From contig MU626340.1 in assembly GCA_025603075.1 (NCBI GenBank), positions 24,963 to 88,962 on the forward strand: 64,000 nucleotides of DNA, in the 5' to 3' direction. Source of the DNA: Neoconidiobolus thromboides FSU 785 (taxonomy: Eukaryota > Fungi > Entomophthoromycota). Under the pieces are notes generated by a model. The model saw only the letters and a list, made by a program, of their open reading frames with translations, was not told where the DNA came from and searched no databases. The position numbers and the translations under genes are program-made. This document shows, in pieces, positions 34,510 through 46,790 of the stretch (position 1 is its first letter; each line of letters starts with the position of its first letter).

Positions 34510-36462
34510 ATGGAAGATACTACTGTTATGGAGATGGAAGAAACTATGATAGGTAGCCCGAATGATAGTGACAGTGAGATTTACGAGATTGAGGACTTAG
34601 CACCAGCCAAAAATATAATGTGGCTTCCTTATTTATTAAAGCATTTGGCAATTATGCTTATTGGTGGAGTTATATTATCAGTTCCTGTCATTGTAATCGT
34701 ATGCTTGGGCAAAATCAAATATGAGGATATATTTAAAGATGTTGATCGCAACGATGAAAATTTTGGATTTATTATGACATCTAGGGCCTTTACTTGGGCT
34801 ACTGGAATGCTAGTTATCACTACGTTTGTATCCTTTCTTGTTTCTATGTTACCAATATTTGTTTTATTTTGTGTACGTATTCTATCTTCTGGGAAGATAG
34901 AACTTGCTAAGCAATATCTAGAAGTAAGATTTTATTTTGAATTTCTACCAATTTTCTAAAACTTAATTTTATAGTTCTATATTGCACTAACAACCACTAT
35001 AAAAGTGGTAATAAGTATGAGTATTGCATTTGGAATGTGGTGCTTCTCATTCCCGTCCTCAGTTACCTTTAGTCAGGGTGACAAGGAAAAGGCCACAGTA
35101 ATTATTTTCAAAGTTATGTTTTCTTTATTAGTCATAACTTTGATCATTGCTGTCGAGAGAATAATGATACAATTTATAGCAATACGTTTTCACCGAACTG
35201 CATATAAACATCGTTTAGATGAATCCTATTATGCTTCTACTGTTTTGGATAAATTAGGAAAGGCAAGGCGTAGAATGGGATCGAGTACTAACATATTTAA
35301 ATCAAATCCAAATTCAAGACCTCTAACGCCGGATAGAAGCTCTTTTAATTTAGTTAATGTTAGTAAAGCGCCAAAAGAGATTATTCATACGCCTTCTGGT
35401 ACTGCTTATTCGTTTCCTAAAAAATATACCAAAGATCCAAATGCCAAGAAAATTTATGAAAGCATTAACAAGAAAGATTTTGAAGGAAGATATGAGGAGG
35501 ACGTTGATTTACATTCTAAAGCCGAAGCGCGTAAACTGGCAGCTAAAATATTTAGCTCTTTGCAAAATAAGAGAAGATTCCTCATAGTTGAAGATTTTAT
35601 GCCTTATTTCGATACCAGAGAAGATGCTATCAAAGCATTCGAGTTCTTTGATAAAGATGGGAATGGTGATATCTCTAAAAGAGAAATGAGGGATCAAATA
35701 TCATTTATTTATAAAGAAAGAAAGGATTTGACTCTTGCTTTAAGCGATACATCTCAAGCGGTTGGAAAATTGGATAAAATATTTTTGGTTCTTTTTATAA
35801 TCATATGTGCTTTCGCTTGTAGCACTATATTTGGTAAAGATATTTACGCTTCTTTATTACCTTTTGGTACCTTCTTTTTAGGATTATCATTTATTTTTGG
35901 GGAGAACGCCAAGCAACTCTTCCAAAGTATTATTTTTTTATTCGTTATGCATCCCTATGATTCAGGAGATCGTATTTATATAGATAAGGATAACTATGTC
36001 GTCCTTAAGGTCGGTTTACTTGGATCAAAGCTAGCTCATACCAATGGTCAAATAACTTATATACCACATAATATTTTAATGACAAAAATCATATACAATA
36101 TTAGAAGGTCACCTACTCAAGCAGAACAAATTGATTTCCAAATTTCATTTGATACGCCTAAAGAGAAAATTTTAAAGTTAAAGGAGCGTATCAACCAGTA
36201 TTTGGTAGATGAAGAGCCACGTGAATTTTTTGATGATCCATTGGTTGCCTTATCAGAGATCGTTGATTCCAATAAGCTAAATATGTTCATTTGGTTAGAA
36301 CACAAAGGAAATTGGCAAGATGGGGGACGTAGATGGGCCAGAAAGACCAGATTTATGTTGGCATTGAAAGAAATTTGCCAAGATCTGGGATTAACATATT
36401 CTTTATTGCCTCAAAAAGTTCAACATGAAAATCCCCCACCTGCTTTTTCAAGCTTAGAATAA
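34510..36462 (+). CDS. MscS-like mechanosensitive channel with EF-hand (Msy1/Msy2 type)
   Basis: Two ORFs joined by intron ~34925-34974; EF-hand FDKDGNGDISKREM; MscS core FLFVMHPYDSGDRIYID and YNIRRS. A short upstream exon (ATG 34411) is possible. Confidence 0.9.
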
Positions 36463-36601
36463 AGCTTTTCTGGTTTTCCTATTATTATAAATACCAAAAA
36501 GTTCCTGTCCTATACTGTAACAATAAATTTAAACCTGATTTTTACCTCATTATTAAATTATTATCACTATTTTATGTTAATGTACTTAATTTAATATATA
36601 T

Positions 36602-36698
36602 GTGGATGTATTTTTTACTTAATAATTTTACTGACAATTTTTCCACTTGAATAGTGCTCAAAAAACGGAAAAAGTTATGAAACCAAAAAAACAGCCCC
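36602..36698 (+). mobile_element. MITE copy 19
   Basis: ATAT-GTGGATG...CAGCCCC-ATAT. Confidence 0.8.
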
Positions 36699-37299
36699 AT
36701 ATGTTTATTAATTAATTCGACAAATCGCATCAAGTTTACTGATGTTTTTAGGGAATAATGTATTGTAAAATATAAAATTCCTTGAAGAGCCCATGAAGAT
36801 AAATTTTGTTTTAAACCTTTATTAACATTTGCATACAACTAGAGGCCCGTAGAAATAAGTTTATTTCATAAAGGGGTCCTCAACATGTAGCATTCCCTAT
36901 CAAATATCACTTTTAAAAAATAAAAAGGAGTGCATTTTTTGTTTCAGTATTTATCTATTAGATTTTCAAATTTATGTATAAAAAATGAACAATTTTGAAT
37001 TGACTAAATATTCACACATGAATTCAGTTTGTAAAGAGTCCTTAGATTTTTTAGAATTAAAAAACAGTGCTTACAGTCTCTTCAGCTATGAAACTCTTCT
37101 ATGGGTTTTTATAGTGCCTTTACTCGATTTTCTTTGTTGCTAGTCTTCTGTTGGATTCTTTCGATCATTTACATGATTATTAATATAAAAGCTGGGCATT
37201 GTTGATATTGAAATGTTAGAAATTTTAAATTCTACCAAGTTATTTAATTATTATATTCTTTGAGAATAAAGATTTTTTAAAATATACACAAAACGGAAA

Positions 37300-38109
37300 A
37301 TAATAGAGGCTTTTTGGTATATATACATGATTATGATTTATTTGAAATATTCCTGGAAGACATTGTACTTCCTCAAACCGGAAGCAAGTATCGGTTGGGA
37401 TTTCATTAGCAACTGGGATTATATTTTTTATGGTACAAATTTCACCTATAGAAGCTTTAATTTTAAGCTCATAAGGTCTAGTGATGTGTTATATCACCCA
37501 AAGATTGACCGTATTTATAAATAAAACAGTCCATTCACCACCATCTTTGGATACTTGAACGTTGCCAATCGCATAGATTGAGTTTTGGACCTTATATTTA
37601 ATAAAAAAGTTAAAAATTGTCGATATAAATACTAGCGATGATTACAAAAACCGTGCAAAAAATTTACTAGACTGAGGTTCCCAACTTAATCAAACGTTCC
37701 CTTAGATACCAGGGCAAGCAATAACGGTACAACTTACAGAGACAGTTTTGACAGTCTAGTTTCTTTAACGAATTTTCACTTAATTGAATTGAATATCAAA
37801 GTAATCATGGTTTGGATATTCAGCGATTAAATGAACTATAATATTATGATCTTCGTAATTTACTTTAATATAGGCATTAAAGATATGCATGCATTGAAAC
37901 ATAGTTAGACATTACATAGATATAATTTTTGTAAATATTCAAATAAGAGCCATATCTGAAAATAAGTAAAGCAATGATTAACTATCAGTCATTACTTCAG
38001 TATATTTTTTACGGCCAAAGGCAGTATCGTTAGCGAAATTACCATGGAGACCAGAATTCAGAAGTAAACTAGAAGAGGATAGACAGAATAATAAAAAGTT
38101 GAAATACAT
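37300..38109 (-). pseudogene. Expansin-like (DPBB + CBM63) pseudogene
   Basis: Minus strand: signal-peptide-like MYFNFLLFCLSS; DPBB-like AYIKVNYEDHNIIVHLIAEYP..HDYFDI; VIACPGI*GNV*LSWEPQSSKFFA; VQNSIYAIGNVQVSKDGGEW; YELKIKASIGEICTIKNIIP. Multiple stops and frameshifts. Confidence 0.5.
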
Positions 38110-38617
38110 ATTCAAGTGTTGTAATTATTTTAAAGTACAACCTAAATCGAAACAAACCTAAGTGAACTCAACTTATAAGAATAATAACGGCATTTGATTG
38201 GTCGAATTCGAAGTTAGTTATAAATGCCAAGCTTTTCATACTACTTTTTACAATCGTATATAACGCTACTTAACCCATATGACCTTTATTGTATTAAATA
38301 AATATAATAGTTATTACATGTCAACTATTTACAAAAAAAGCCAAAAATAGGATAATATGAACAATATAAGTTACTTTTTAATTTTAATTAGACATTACAA
38401 CTATTTTATTTTAATAGTTTGATATAATTTGTATATCATTAGCTCTGATCATGTACAAATTTGTTCTAATGGGTGTTACTATGGTTTATCGAGTTTGATT
38501 AGACTTACGTGTAACTTTTATGAGTTACTTATACCCTTAATCAGAGATATTTACTATGTTGATGCTCTATTAAAGCTTAATATTTTAAACTTAATTGGAA
38601 TTCACCATATAAGATAT

Positions 38618-38716
38618 GAGGGTGTTTTTTTTGATTTCATCACTTTTTCTACCTTTTAAGCACTATTTGAACAGAAAATTTATTAGTAAAATTCTTAAAC
38701 ACAAAAATTCATCCCT
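38618..38716 (-). mobile_element. MITE copy 20
   Basis: ATAT-GAGGGTG...CATCCCT-ATAT. Confidence 0.8.
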
Positions 38717-39233
38717 ATATATGATGATGTTTTTTTGGCTTCATTGATATTAACTTAATCCTAAAGTAGTTGAATAAAAACCTGTATTTAAAGCAGTGTA
38801 GAAACCTTGGGGTTATTTATATCTTTAATTTTTATATATTACAATCAAAATTTATTTATATCTTTGCCATTTTATAGTGAGTAACAAATTATTATTTTTA
38901 AAAGCTATCCAACTTATAAATAAATACTGATTTTTAATACAACAAAGGGGTATAAGACTAATTAATATATGAATCTATTACAGGTTTATTTATTAATGCC
39001 AATCATATAACTACTTTGAAAGCAATACTAAATAAATATGCTATAACTGGTACTAAAAGGAAAATAATATTTCCACCTTATAGTAAGTGAAGGAGAAGTC
39101 AACCAGATCTTTCTTCGATTTATCTAAAGATGTGCTTGAGTCATCTGCTATATATATATATATTTACTATAACAAATAATCGAACAAAACAGTTATGATA
39201 GAAAAGAATGGTACAAATAGATAGTCAATATAT

Positions 39234-39331
39234 GGGGATATTTTTTTTAGTTTCATTATTTTTCCATTTTTTAAGCACTATTTGAGTGGAAAGATTGTTA
39301 GTAAAATTCTTAAGCAAAAAAATACATCCTC
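39234..39331 (-). mobile_element. MITE copy 21
   Basis: ATAT-GGGGATA...CATCCTC-ATAT. Confidence 0.85.
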
Positions 39332-39577
39332 ATATATTTGAACTATTGCGATAAATTAAAAAATGCTCAAATATACTGTTTAGAGGCCATTTGACATGTA
39401 ACAAAATCAATCATTGTTAAGAGGACTTTATTGGCATGTTCCAATATTTATGACAGCAAACACAAAACGAACTTCCTTGTTAAAGAGCTTTATATTATCA
39501 AACAATTACCACTACTTAACCTATTACATCTGAATTATAAACCAGAGGTTAATTTCTTAGTAAGAAAACAAATAAAT

Positions 39578-39676
39578 GAAGATGTGTTTTTTTATTTAAG
39601 GATTTTACTAGTAATTTTTCCGCTCAAATGACGCTTAAAAAATGGAAAAAGTGATGAAATCAAAAAAAATATCCCC
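39578..39676 (+). mobile_element. MITE copy 22
   Basis: AAAT-GAAGATG...TATCCCC-AAGT. Confidence 0.8.
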
Positions 39677-42095
39677 AAGTATTACCATTGTATTGTTGAG
39701 TTAGTATCAATGTACAAGTTAAGGACACTTTTAAGCACAAAATAGCTTATTGATTCTTAAAAAGATGTTTTATAGTAAATTTTAAAAAATTGGTCTCCCT
39801 TTTCTTATAAACTATAATATTGTCTATTGTCTTCTTAATATGGCATTTATAAAGGCCATTTAATTACTTATCATGTTTGTAGGAAAATATATTCTTTGAA
39901 GCTTTTTTGTTTTCAAAGCTGAAAGTACTGTACTGTTCTATTGAACTATAGAAAAACTTGGAGTGAAGGACCTAAAGAAAATTCAAAAATAGATAGACCC
40001 CAAGAAGAAGAAAAAATGCTTATATATATGAATGCAAAAGTTAGATAATGAGTTTTAATAATAAAGAGTGATTTGAATGATCTTGTGTCTAAAGCTTGAA
40101 AAGTATTATAGATGTTTAAAAAGCAAAAAGCAGTAGTAAAGGAATCGTAAACTTTTAACTGGAGGAAAGGTTCTTTAAAGAGCATGTGTTTAAAGCGGAC
40201 TGCTATAAGCACCAGAGTCACCGAATTAGCAAAGATTAAAAATGTACTATGAATGGCAGATGCTTTTACATTGGCACTGACTTTGTTTATTTTACAATAA
40301 ATATCTATTGAGATATTAAACTATCTAATCTATATTTTGATGTTAGGGTTTAATACTTTTATATTTGCTATTTATGTAATATTTTTATTATAATTTATGC
40401 TTCAAAAATATTTAGAAAATTAAAATAGTTTGCATTGTCTATTAATTTCAAGCATTGATACTATATTATCATTTATTCAAAATAACTATGAGATGATTTA
40501 AACAAGTAGATTGAGTTTAAACTTATAGGTTATAAAATAATATTTCTACTTATATTATTTAAATTATTACAAAAAATAGATAAACTTAGCATTCAAATGA
40601 CTTTAATTGAAAGTGGATAATATTATATTCACTTAAATTCTATTATTGATTGTTGGAGTTATAATACAATTAGCTTTATTGTTCTAAATACTTATTTTAT
40701 ACAAATACTACTTTTGTAATAGTTATTAAGCTTATTTTACTATTAGAGTTGATTAAAATTAACAAAGATATCTTCAAAATAAAACTACAATCAAATATTA
40801 GCTAGAACAGTTTGCAGTTTAATGTCCTTTACTGTCTTTAATTTGTGGTCAATCTTTATCAACATGAACTCAAAGACTACAATTTTTTAATATCTTTAAA
40901 TTCGTATTAGAAGCCTTTTGTCATAAATTAAAAGTAATGAAAGACAACCTAACTATAAGTTAACAAAGCAAATTAAAAAATCAAATATAGCTTTTTTAAA
41001 ATACAATTGTTATTCGAATGAGTTTTGCGATGTTATAAAAAGTAATAAGGTTGAAGCTTTAATACCCTTGATTTTATTATTATACTGTTCTCAGACAATC
41101 TTTTGCATTTGTTTGTAGGAGTAAATCTAAACCTGAGGCTCATTTTTTCGGTTTTGAATTTTGTAATTTGTAAATGAAAAATAAATGCTAACAAAAAACT
41201 GCCTTCTATTAAATTCTGAAATTAGAATCTAACAAAACTAACTTTTTTTGATAACTTTGACCAGAACTTTAACCTTTTATATGTCTACTATAAAAACAAT
41301 GAATTATATACCTTTAACACATTTACATTCCTTAATATCTTTGTCTTTCAAATTCCAAAATTCCTATATTCGCATTTAATAAATAGATCATTTGATAAAT
41401 ATAATTTGATTCTTTTTTGATCCTTTAATTTATAAAACCGTTGATTCTAAAACCTATTTAAATTTATTCTAGATTTCAAATAAACTGTAGTTTTAATTTG
41501 TTGATAGAGTTGATTAATCAAAGACTATTAATTGGCTGTAAGGAAGTAATATTTTCTTTCTATTTGAAGATCATATCTTTGAATTAGCCTATCATAGACA
41601 CATTTGATATCTAAAGTGAACTTAATTTATAATCATGGGTATGTAAAAAAATGGTATAATGTTATTTTTATTAAATATGGAAATAGCACTAATAAAAAAC
41701 TTAAATTCAAATTAAATATTTTCACTTGATACTAAAGAACAAGTATCATAGGGTAAGCAATGGATTGTTTAATAACCAATAAAAGGGATTTATCTTCTTG
41801 AAAATGTTGTTTTCAGGACTCTTATCAACCGAAGTGCTATTTTTGAAGAATAAAAATAGTTTAATCTATTAAATAAGGAGCAAATGATAATAATTATATC
41901 TTTATAGTTGCATTTAATTCGATGATATTTATAACCTTAAACTTTTGAAATTGTAAGTTAACCAATCAAGTATACTAAATTGGCTAAAATTTTGGCGAAA
42001 ATTGGTATAAAAAAAGAATTTTAGCATAAGTAAATCTTCCTTCTTTTCTTACAAACCAAATCATCATCTATTATTATTTTTAACGTATCGTTACA

Positions 42096-42107
42096 ATGAA
42101 CTGCTAA
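42096..42107 (+). promoter_or_regulatory. uORF1 (Met-Asn-Cys-stop) in leader of the Gcn4-like gene
   Basis: ATG AAC TGC TAA, 269 nt upstream of the main ATG; yeast GCN4 uORF1 is ATG GCT TGC TAA. Confidence 0.7.
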
Positions 42108-42213
42108 ATCGCCTTCCGCGTTTGTTTTTAAGAAAAGTTTACATTTTTTAGTCAACACCAACTTTATTTTTATAAAGTTCCTTTACCAATTACCTATTTT
42201 ATCTACCGTCAAT

Positions 42214-42294
42214 ATGTTTGCCAACATGGCTTCCTGCTACCTTTTTGCTCACTGTCTATCAGCGTCTGAAACCCTAAACACTTATCACTGTTAA
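42214..42294 (+). promoter_or_regulatory. uORF2 (26 aa) in leader of the Gcn4-like gene
   Basis: MFANMASCYLFAHCLSASETLNTYHC*, ending 70 nt before the main ATG. Confidence 0.65.
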
Positions 42295-42364
42295 ACCTAA
42301 GAATACTTTATTGTTATTAAATACCAAGTTATATATTTGTTGTAATCAAAACTCATCCAATAGA

Positions 42365-43129
42365 ATGTCAAACCCAAGAATTTATCATCCAGCTCACAAC
42401 TTTTTAAATCAGCCTTACGCTGATCTCTCCAACTTGGAGCTCACCTTAAATGAGCTTCAAGCTGCTGCCTCTTCTCCAAACCAAATCTATTCTCACATGA
42501 GTCCAAGTAATTTTGTTTATAACAATGTTACTTCTTCTCAAAATACCCCACCATTTAACGATAACCTTGTTTTAAATGGTATGAGCCAAGAAATGTTTTA
42601 CCCTCTCCTTAGCAATTCCCCACCCAATACCTCAATGAACGGCTTTTTTGACCCACTTCTTCCATACCTTTCCACTCCATTCAATGCTCCTAACGTTGCT
42701 GGTCCAGTCCCAACCCCGGAGACTAATTCCGATTCTGAACTTATTTCTGAACTTCTCAATCTTCCATCCTCTCCAAACTATGTTGAATCTACTCCAGCTG
42801 TTATCAAAAAAGAGCCAGCTAAACGTAAAGCCTCTTCAGTAATTTCAAGTCAAGATATTGACATGGAAGGATCTGAAGATCCAGCTGCACGTAAACGTAG
42901 ACAAAACACTTTAGCTGCTCGTCGTTCCCGTCAACGTAAAGTAGCTAAAATGGAAGAACTTGAACTCAGTATTTCAGGTTTAGAAAAAGAAAAGATCCAA
43001 TTAGAAACTAAGATTGCTATCTTAGAATCTGAAAAAGAAACTACTCAACGTAGGGAACAAGAACAAATGGACCGTATTCGTACATTGGAAAAACAACTTA
43101 TGGAAGCTATCAAAGCTAATCGATCGTAA
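42365..43129 (+). CDS. GCN4: Gcn4/CpcA-like bZIP transcription factor
   Basis: C-terminal basic region DPAARKRRQNTLAARRSRQRK plus leucine zipper; acidic Ser/Pro-rich N-terminus; uORF-containing leader. The first ATG is 42365 (the ORF track starts at a TTG). Confidence 0.8.
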   Translation: MSNPRIYHPAHNFLNQPYADLSNLELTLNELQAAASSPNQIYSHMSPSNFVYNNVTSSQNTPPFNDNLVLNGMSQEMFYPLLSNSPPNTSMNGFFDPLLPYLSTPFNAPNVAGPVPTPETNSDSELISELLNLPSSPNYVESTPAVIKKEPAKRKASSVISSQDIDMEGSEDPAARKRRQNTLAARRSRQRKVAKMEELELSISGLEKEKIQLETKIAILESEKETTQRREQEQMDRIRTLEKQLMEAIKANRS

Positions 43130-43599
43130 GGTTATTTGGATCTCTTACTATCTTCTCTTTCTTTTTTTTTTACTACTCTATTCTCAATTTTTTTATTACT
43201 ACAAAATCCTATATTCCATTGGTTATTCTATGGCAATTTTATTATTCTCTTTATTCAAATAAAAATATATACAAAAAAGATATTAGTTTTATTGTTATTA
43301 ATAAAGATTATTATTATTTGTTATTGTTATGGGTGTATGTACAGTTTTCATAAGAATATAGATTAATAAGTCATCTTAAATTCTACGCAGTTTTTAGTTT
43401 TTAATTAAAGTTGAATTAAACTAGGATTTAAAGTGAAGTGAAAACATTTTATTAAAATGCATTAAAAAAATAATAATAAATAGTCATCATTAGTAAAATA
43501 ATTTAAAAAAAAATTAAAATTTATTATTATATAAAAAAAATTATGAAATATGTTAATATGCTTATATACTATATATGCGATTTAAAAATTAGGATGAGA

Positions 43600-46422
43600 T
43601 TACACTCCAACCTTTGATTGTGATGGCAAACTAGGCAATGGTTTTTTCCTAGGTTGTTGAAACATAATATGATTTAAATCAATAGGTTCTTTTAAATAAG
43701 GGTTGTCATTAAACCCAGACTTTGTTCTTACCATTGGTTGTGACCGTGTGGGGTTGGGAGTGATATTACTATTATGATTGTGGCTATTATTATGATTATT
43801 TGGATTATTAGGGTTCAATTGTTGTTGCTGATGAATACTTTCATTTTGTAATTGAATTTCATTATGTTTGTGAGGGATAGGTTTATTGTGTCTAAGTTGG
43901 ATATTAAGACTTGATAATGAAGGTGCTAAACTAGTTTTTAATTCTCTTTTTAAATTTAGCTGATAGTCTGCAGCATTTGAAGATGAATTTGTTTGGTTAT
44001 TTAAGGATTGAGAGTTGTTATTGATTTCCATAGTGATGTTATTATTATTATTATTATTATTATCGAACCCTTCATTCTCATACGTATTCTGATTATTATT
44101 ACTATTCTCATTATTATAGTAATAGGAATTAATATCACTATTATTAATGGGATCATTCATTCCGTTATTCTCATAATTTAACTCATTAATGCCTTCTCTC
44201 TTTTTATCGGCCATTTTATTGATAGAATATGATTCCATTTTCATAGTAGTATTTTCAATTGAATGAATAATTTGATTAATCCTATTCTCATTATCATATT
44301 GATTTTTATTGTAATTCATTGAAAGATTAGGTAATTCATCCATTGGGTCTTCATGTTTTAGATTGGAATACTGTTCTTCGATAAATTTATACATTGTTAT
44401 TGGAGTTAAGGAACCAATTGGTTTCTTTTTCTTTAGGTGATCTTCTTCTCTTATTAGATTTAAATGTTCTTTATTAACAGTAGGAATCTCAGTTTTTGAA
44501 ATTTCTTTTTTACTTAGTTCATTTATATATTGAATCAATTCATCCATCCTTTTAGCACATTTTTGTTTCAAACTATCCATTTGAATTTGATGCTCTTGAT
44601 TTAATTGAAAAATCTTATTTTCATTCTCCTTAATCAATTTCTTTTTATCATTTTGTTCATCCCTTAACTCTTTTTTCAACCCTTCAATCCTCGCCTTTAA
44701 TTCACTAATTTCCAATTGATGTGCCATTTCAGCAGTAGTAATATCTGTTGGTGACATGACTCCGTTTTTCATTGATAAAAAACTTAAGGGTTCACTATTT
44801 ATTGTAAGTTCCCTATTTTCCCGGTATTTTAATGTAGATGTTCTTTTCATAGTAGACACTCTCATAGCTAAAGCTACTTTACTATTAGGATCATTAGGGT
44901 CTTCTGCTTTTAAATAATCATTTAATGGACTAGTATTATCATTATTAGTTTTAGTAACAGGTTTATATTCTATTGATTCTGAATGACCTTCAAATTGATG
45001 CTTTAATTGTTCTACTTTATTATTACTCATATTGCGTTCACTTTTGACTTTGGTTATTAATTTAGCTGCTATTGGACTATTTATCTTAGGTTCCATATAC
45101 TCACTTTTTACTCTAGTAATTGGTTTTGGAGATTGAGATTGAAATTGAGATGGGCTTATAGCTTCTTGTTTAACTTCTCTTTTTGTTTTTGAAATCATAT
45201 TAGTCATTGGAACCTGTTCTTTTGCTTCTACAATAGATTTCATATCTTTAACCATTGATTTAGGTCTTATAATAGGTATATTATCTTTACTTAATCTTTT
45301 AACATTTCCTTCAATTTTATTATTATCAATCCTCATGTCCTGATTATCTTTATCATATAATAGTTTCTCACTCTTTATTTTAGAAATTAATCTAGGCCCT
45401 AATGATTTATCTGATTCTATTTGTTGTGTACTTTTTACTTTAGCAATTAATTTTGGATTACTACTTTCTCTTTTTACTTTCTGCACTTCTGCCGCTTTAA
45501 AGAATCTCCCAAGTGTTGGGTGTGAAAGCATATCAGATTCTTCTTCTTTTACTTGATTTAAAGTAGTTGGCATAGGTTGTGATTGACTTAACCTCATTGG
45601 TTGAGATGATGGTATCATTGTTGATTTATTATAATACTCTTCTGAATGTTCATTTTGATATGAAAAATTGGTATGTTCACTAATAATAGTATTATCAGAA
45701 ATAGGTAAATAAGGATCTGAATTCAACGATAATTCCTCCTGTCGATGATTATGATTTTCAAAAAAAGATTTCCTTCTTAAATTGGGATCAAGTAAATCAT
45801 AATTAGAATTAGGACGTAATTTCATTAATGAAGGTTTTGATTGAATAGGTGGCTCATAATAAGTTAATGGTCGTTCTTTTATAGGTTCTGGGGAAGGAGT
45901 GATAGATTCATGTGATAACTGATTTAACTTTACAGGTATTGATTGTACTTGTTTTAAAAATTTCCATTTAGGTGGCGTATTTCTTGACTTTGTAGATGGC
46001 TTCTTAAATGATGTTTGATTATTGTCAATAATTGGTAAGGAAGAATTTCTATACAGATATAATAGTAGATTAGTATTATATTATAAAAATATAATTGTAT
46101 GAGTATAAATTTACCTTGTTAATGGGATAGATTGATTATTATCATTATTATTATTATGACTATTATGTTGACTAATATTATTATCTTGTTGAGGTAATTC
46201 AGCTAAATTTCTTAAAGCATTTAAATTAATATTAGAAGAAGATGGAGAAAATTGAGTAAATTGAACATTTAAATTTTTTAGTTTTGGCAAATTGTTATCA
46301 ATTGATTGTTGTGGTTGTATTTGTGGTAAGGGTTTAGTTACTTTAATCTTATCAATAGCTTCTAATTTGTCTTCTTTTTTATGTATATTTCGAAGTTTGT
46401 TCGAAGTAATAAATTTAAACAT
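43600..46422 (-). CDS. Large hypothetical protein, disordered/Asn-rich with central coiled coil
   Basis: Exon ~46114-46422 joined through a GT-AG intron to an open frame ~46050-43600; heptad region AHQLEISELKARIEGLKKELRDEQ; no family recognised. Confidence 0.75.
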
Positions 46423-46790
46423 GAGAGCAACGAAATATTAAAATATTGAAGAATAAGGAAGAAAAAGTGGTTTATTATATTAAGTTAATGGATGTAAAAG
46501 TGAATGTTAATATTTTTATCTCTTTTTAATTTCCGATTCTTTTGTTGTTTTTTCCTTTTTTAACTGTCAACTATAGAACTTTTCAATTTTTCAGCTTAAT
46601 TTTAAGTTTTACCAACAAAATCACTATTCATTTAGCTTAATTTCTATATTTAGATTTTGAAATTTAAAAACACTAGAAATTCAAATAACTATCTAAAATA
46701 ACGTTAAAATCAAAAAAGACACACAAAATTTATTTAACTACAAATATTTTTATTAACAACAAGAACAAATAAGTTATTAATTTCATTCTA

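Noticed and set aside
2395-39631. Short ORFs 2395-2691, 23187-23396, 36572-36838, 38429-38659 and 39431-39631 that resemble each other (e.g. FKRYLSxKxVxKxLN)
   Set aside because: The similarity comes from reading through MITE copies; there is no independent coding evidence.
39946-40221. 91-aa minus-strand ORF and nearby plus-strand coding-like fragments
   Set aside because: No family signal and no consistent exon structure.
42278-42364. Non-AUG N-terminal extension of the Gcn4-like protein, as in Neurospora cpc-1
   Set aside because: An in-frame TAA at 42275-42277 limits any extension to about 29 codons, so it is not the long conserved extension.
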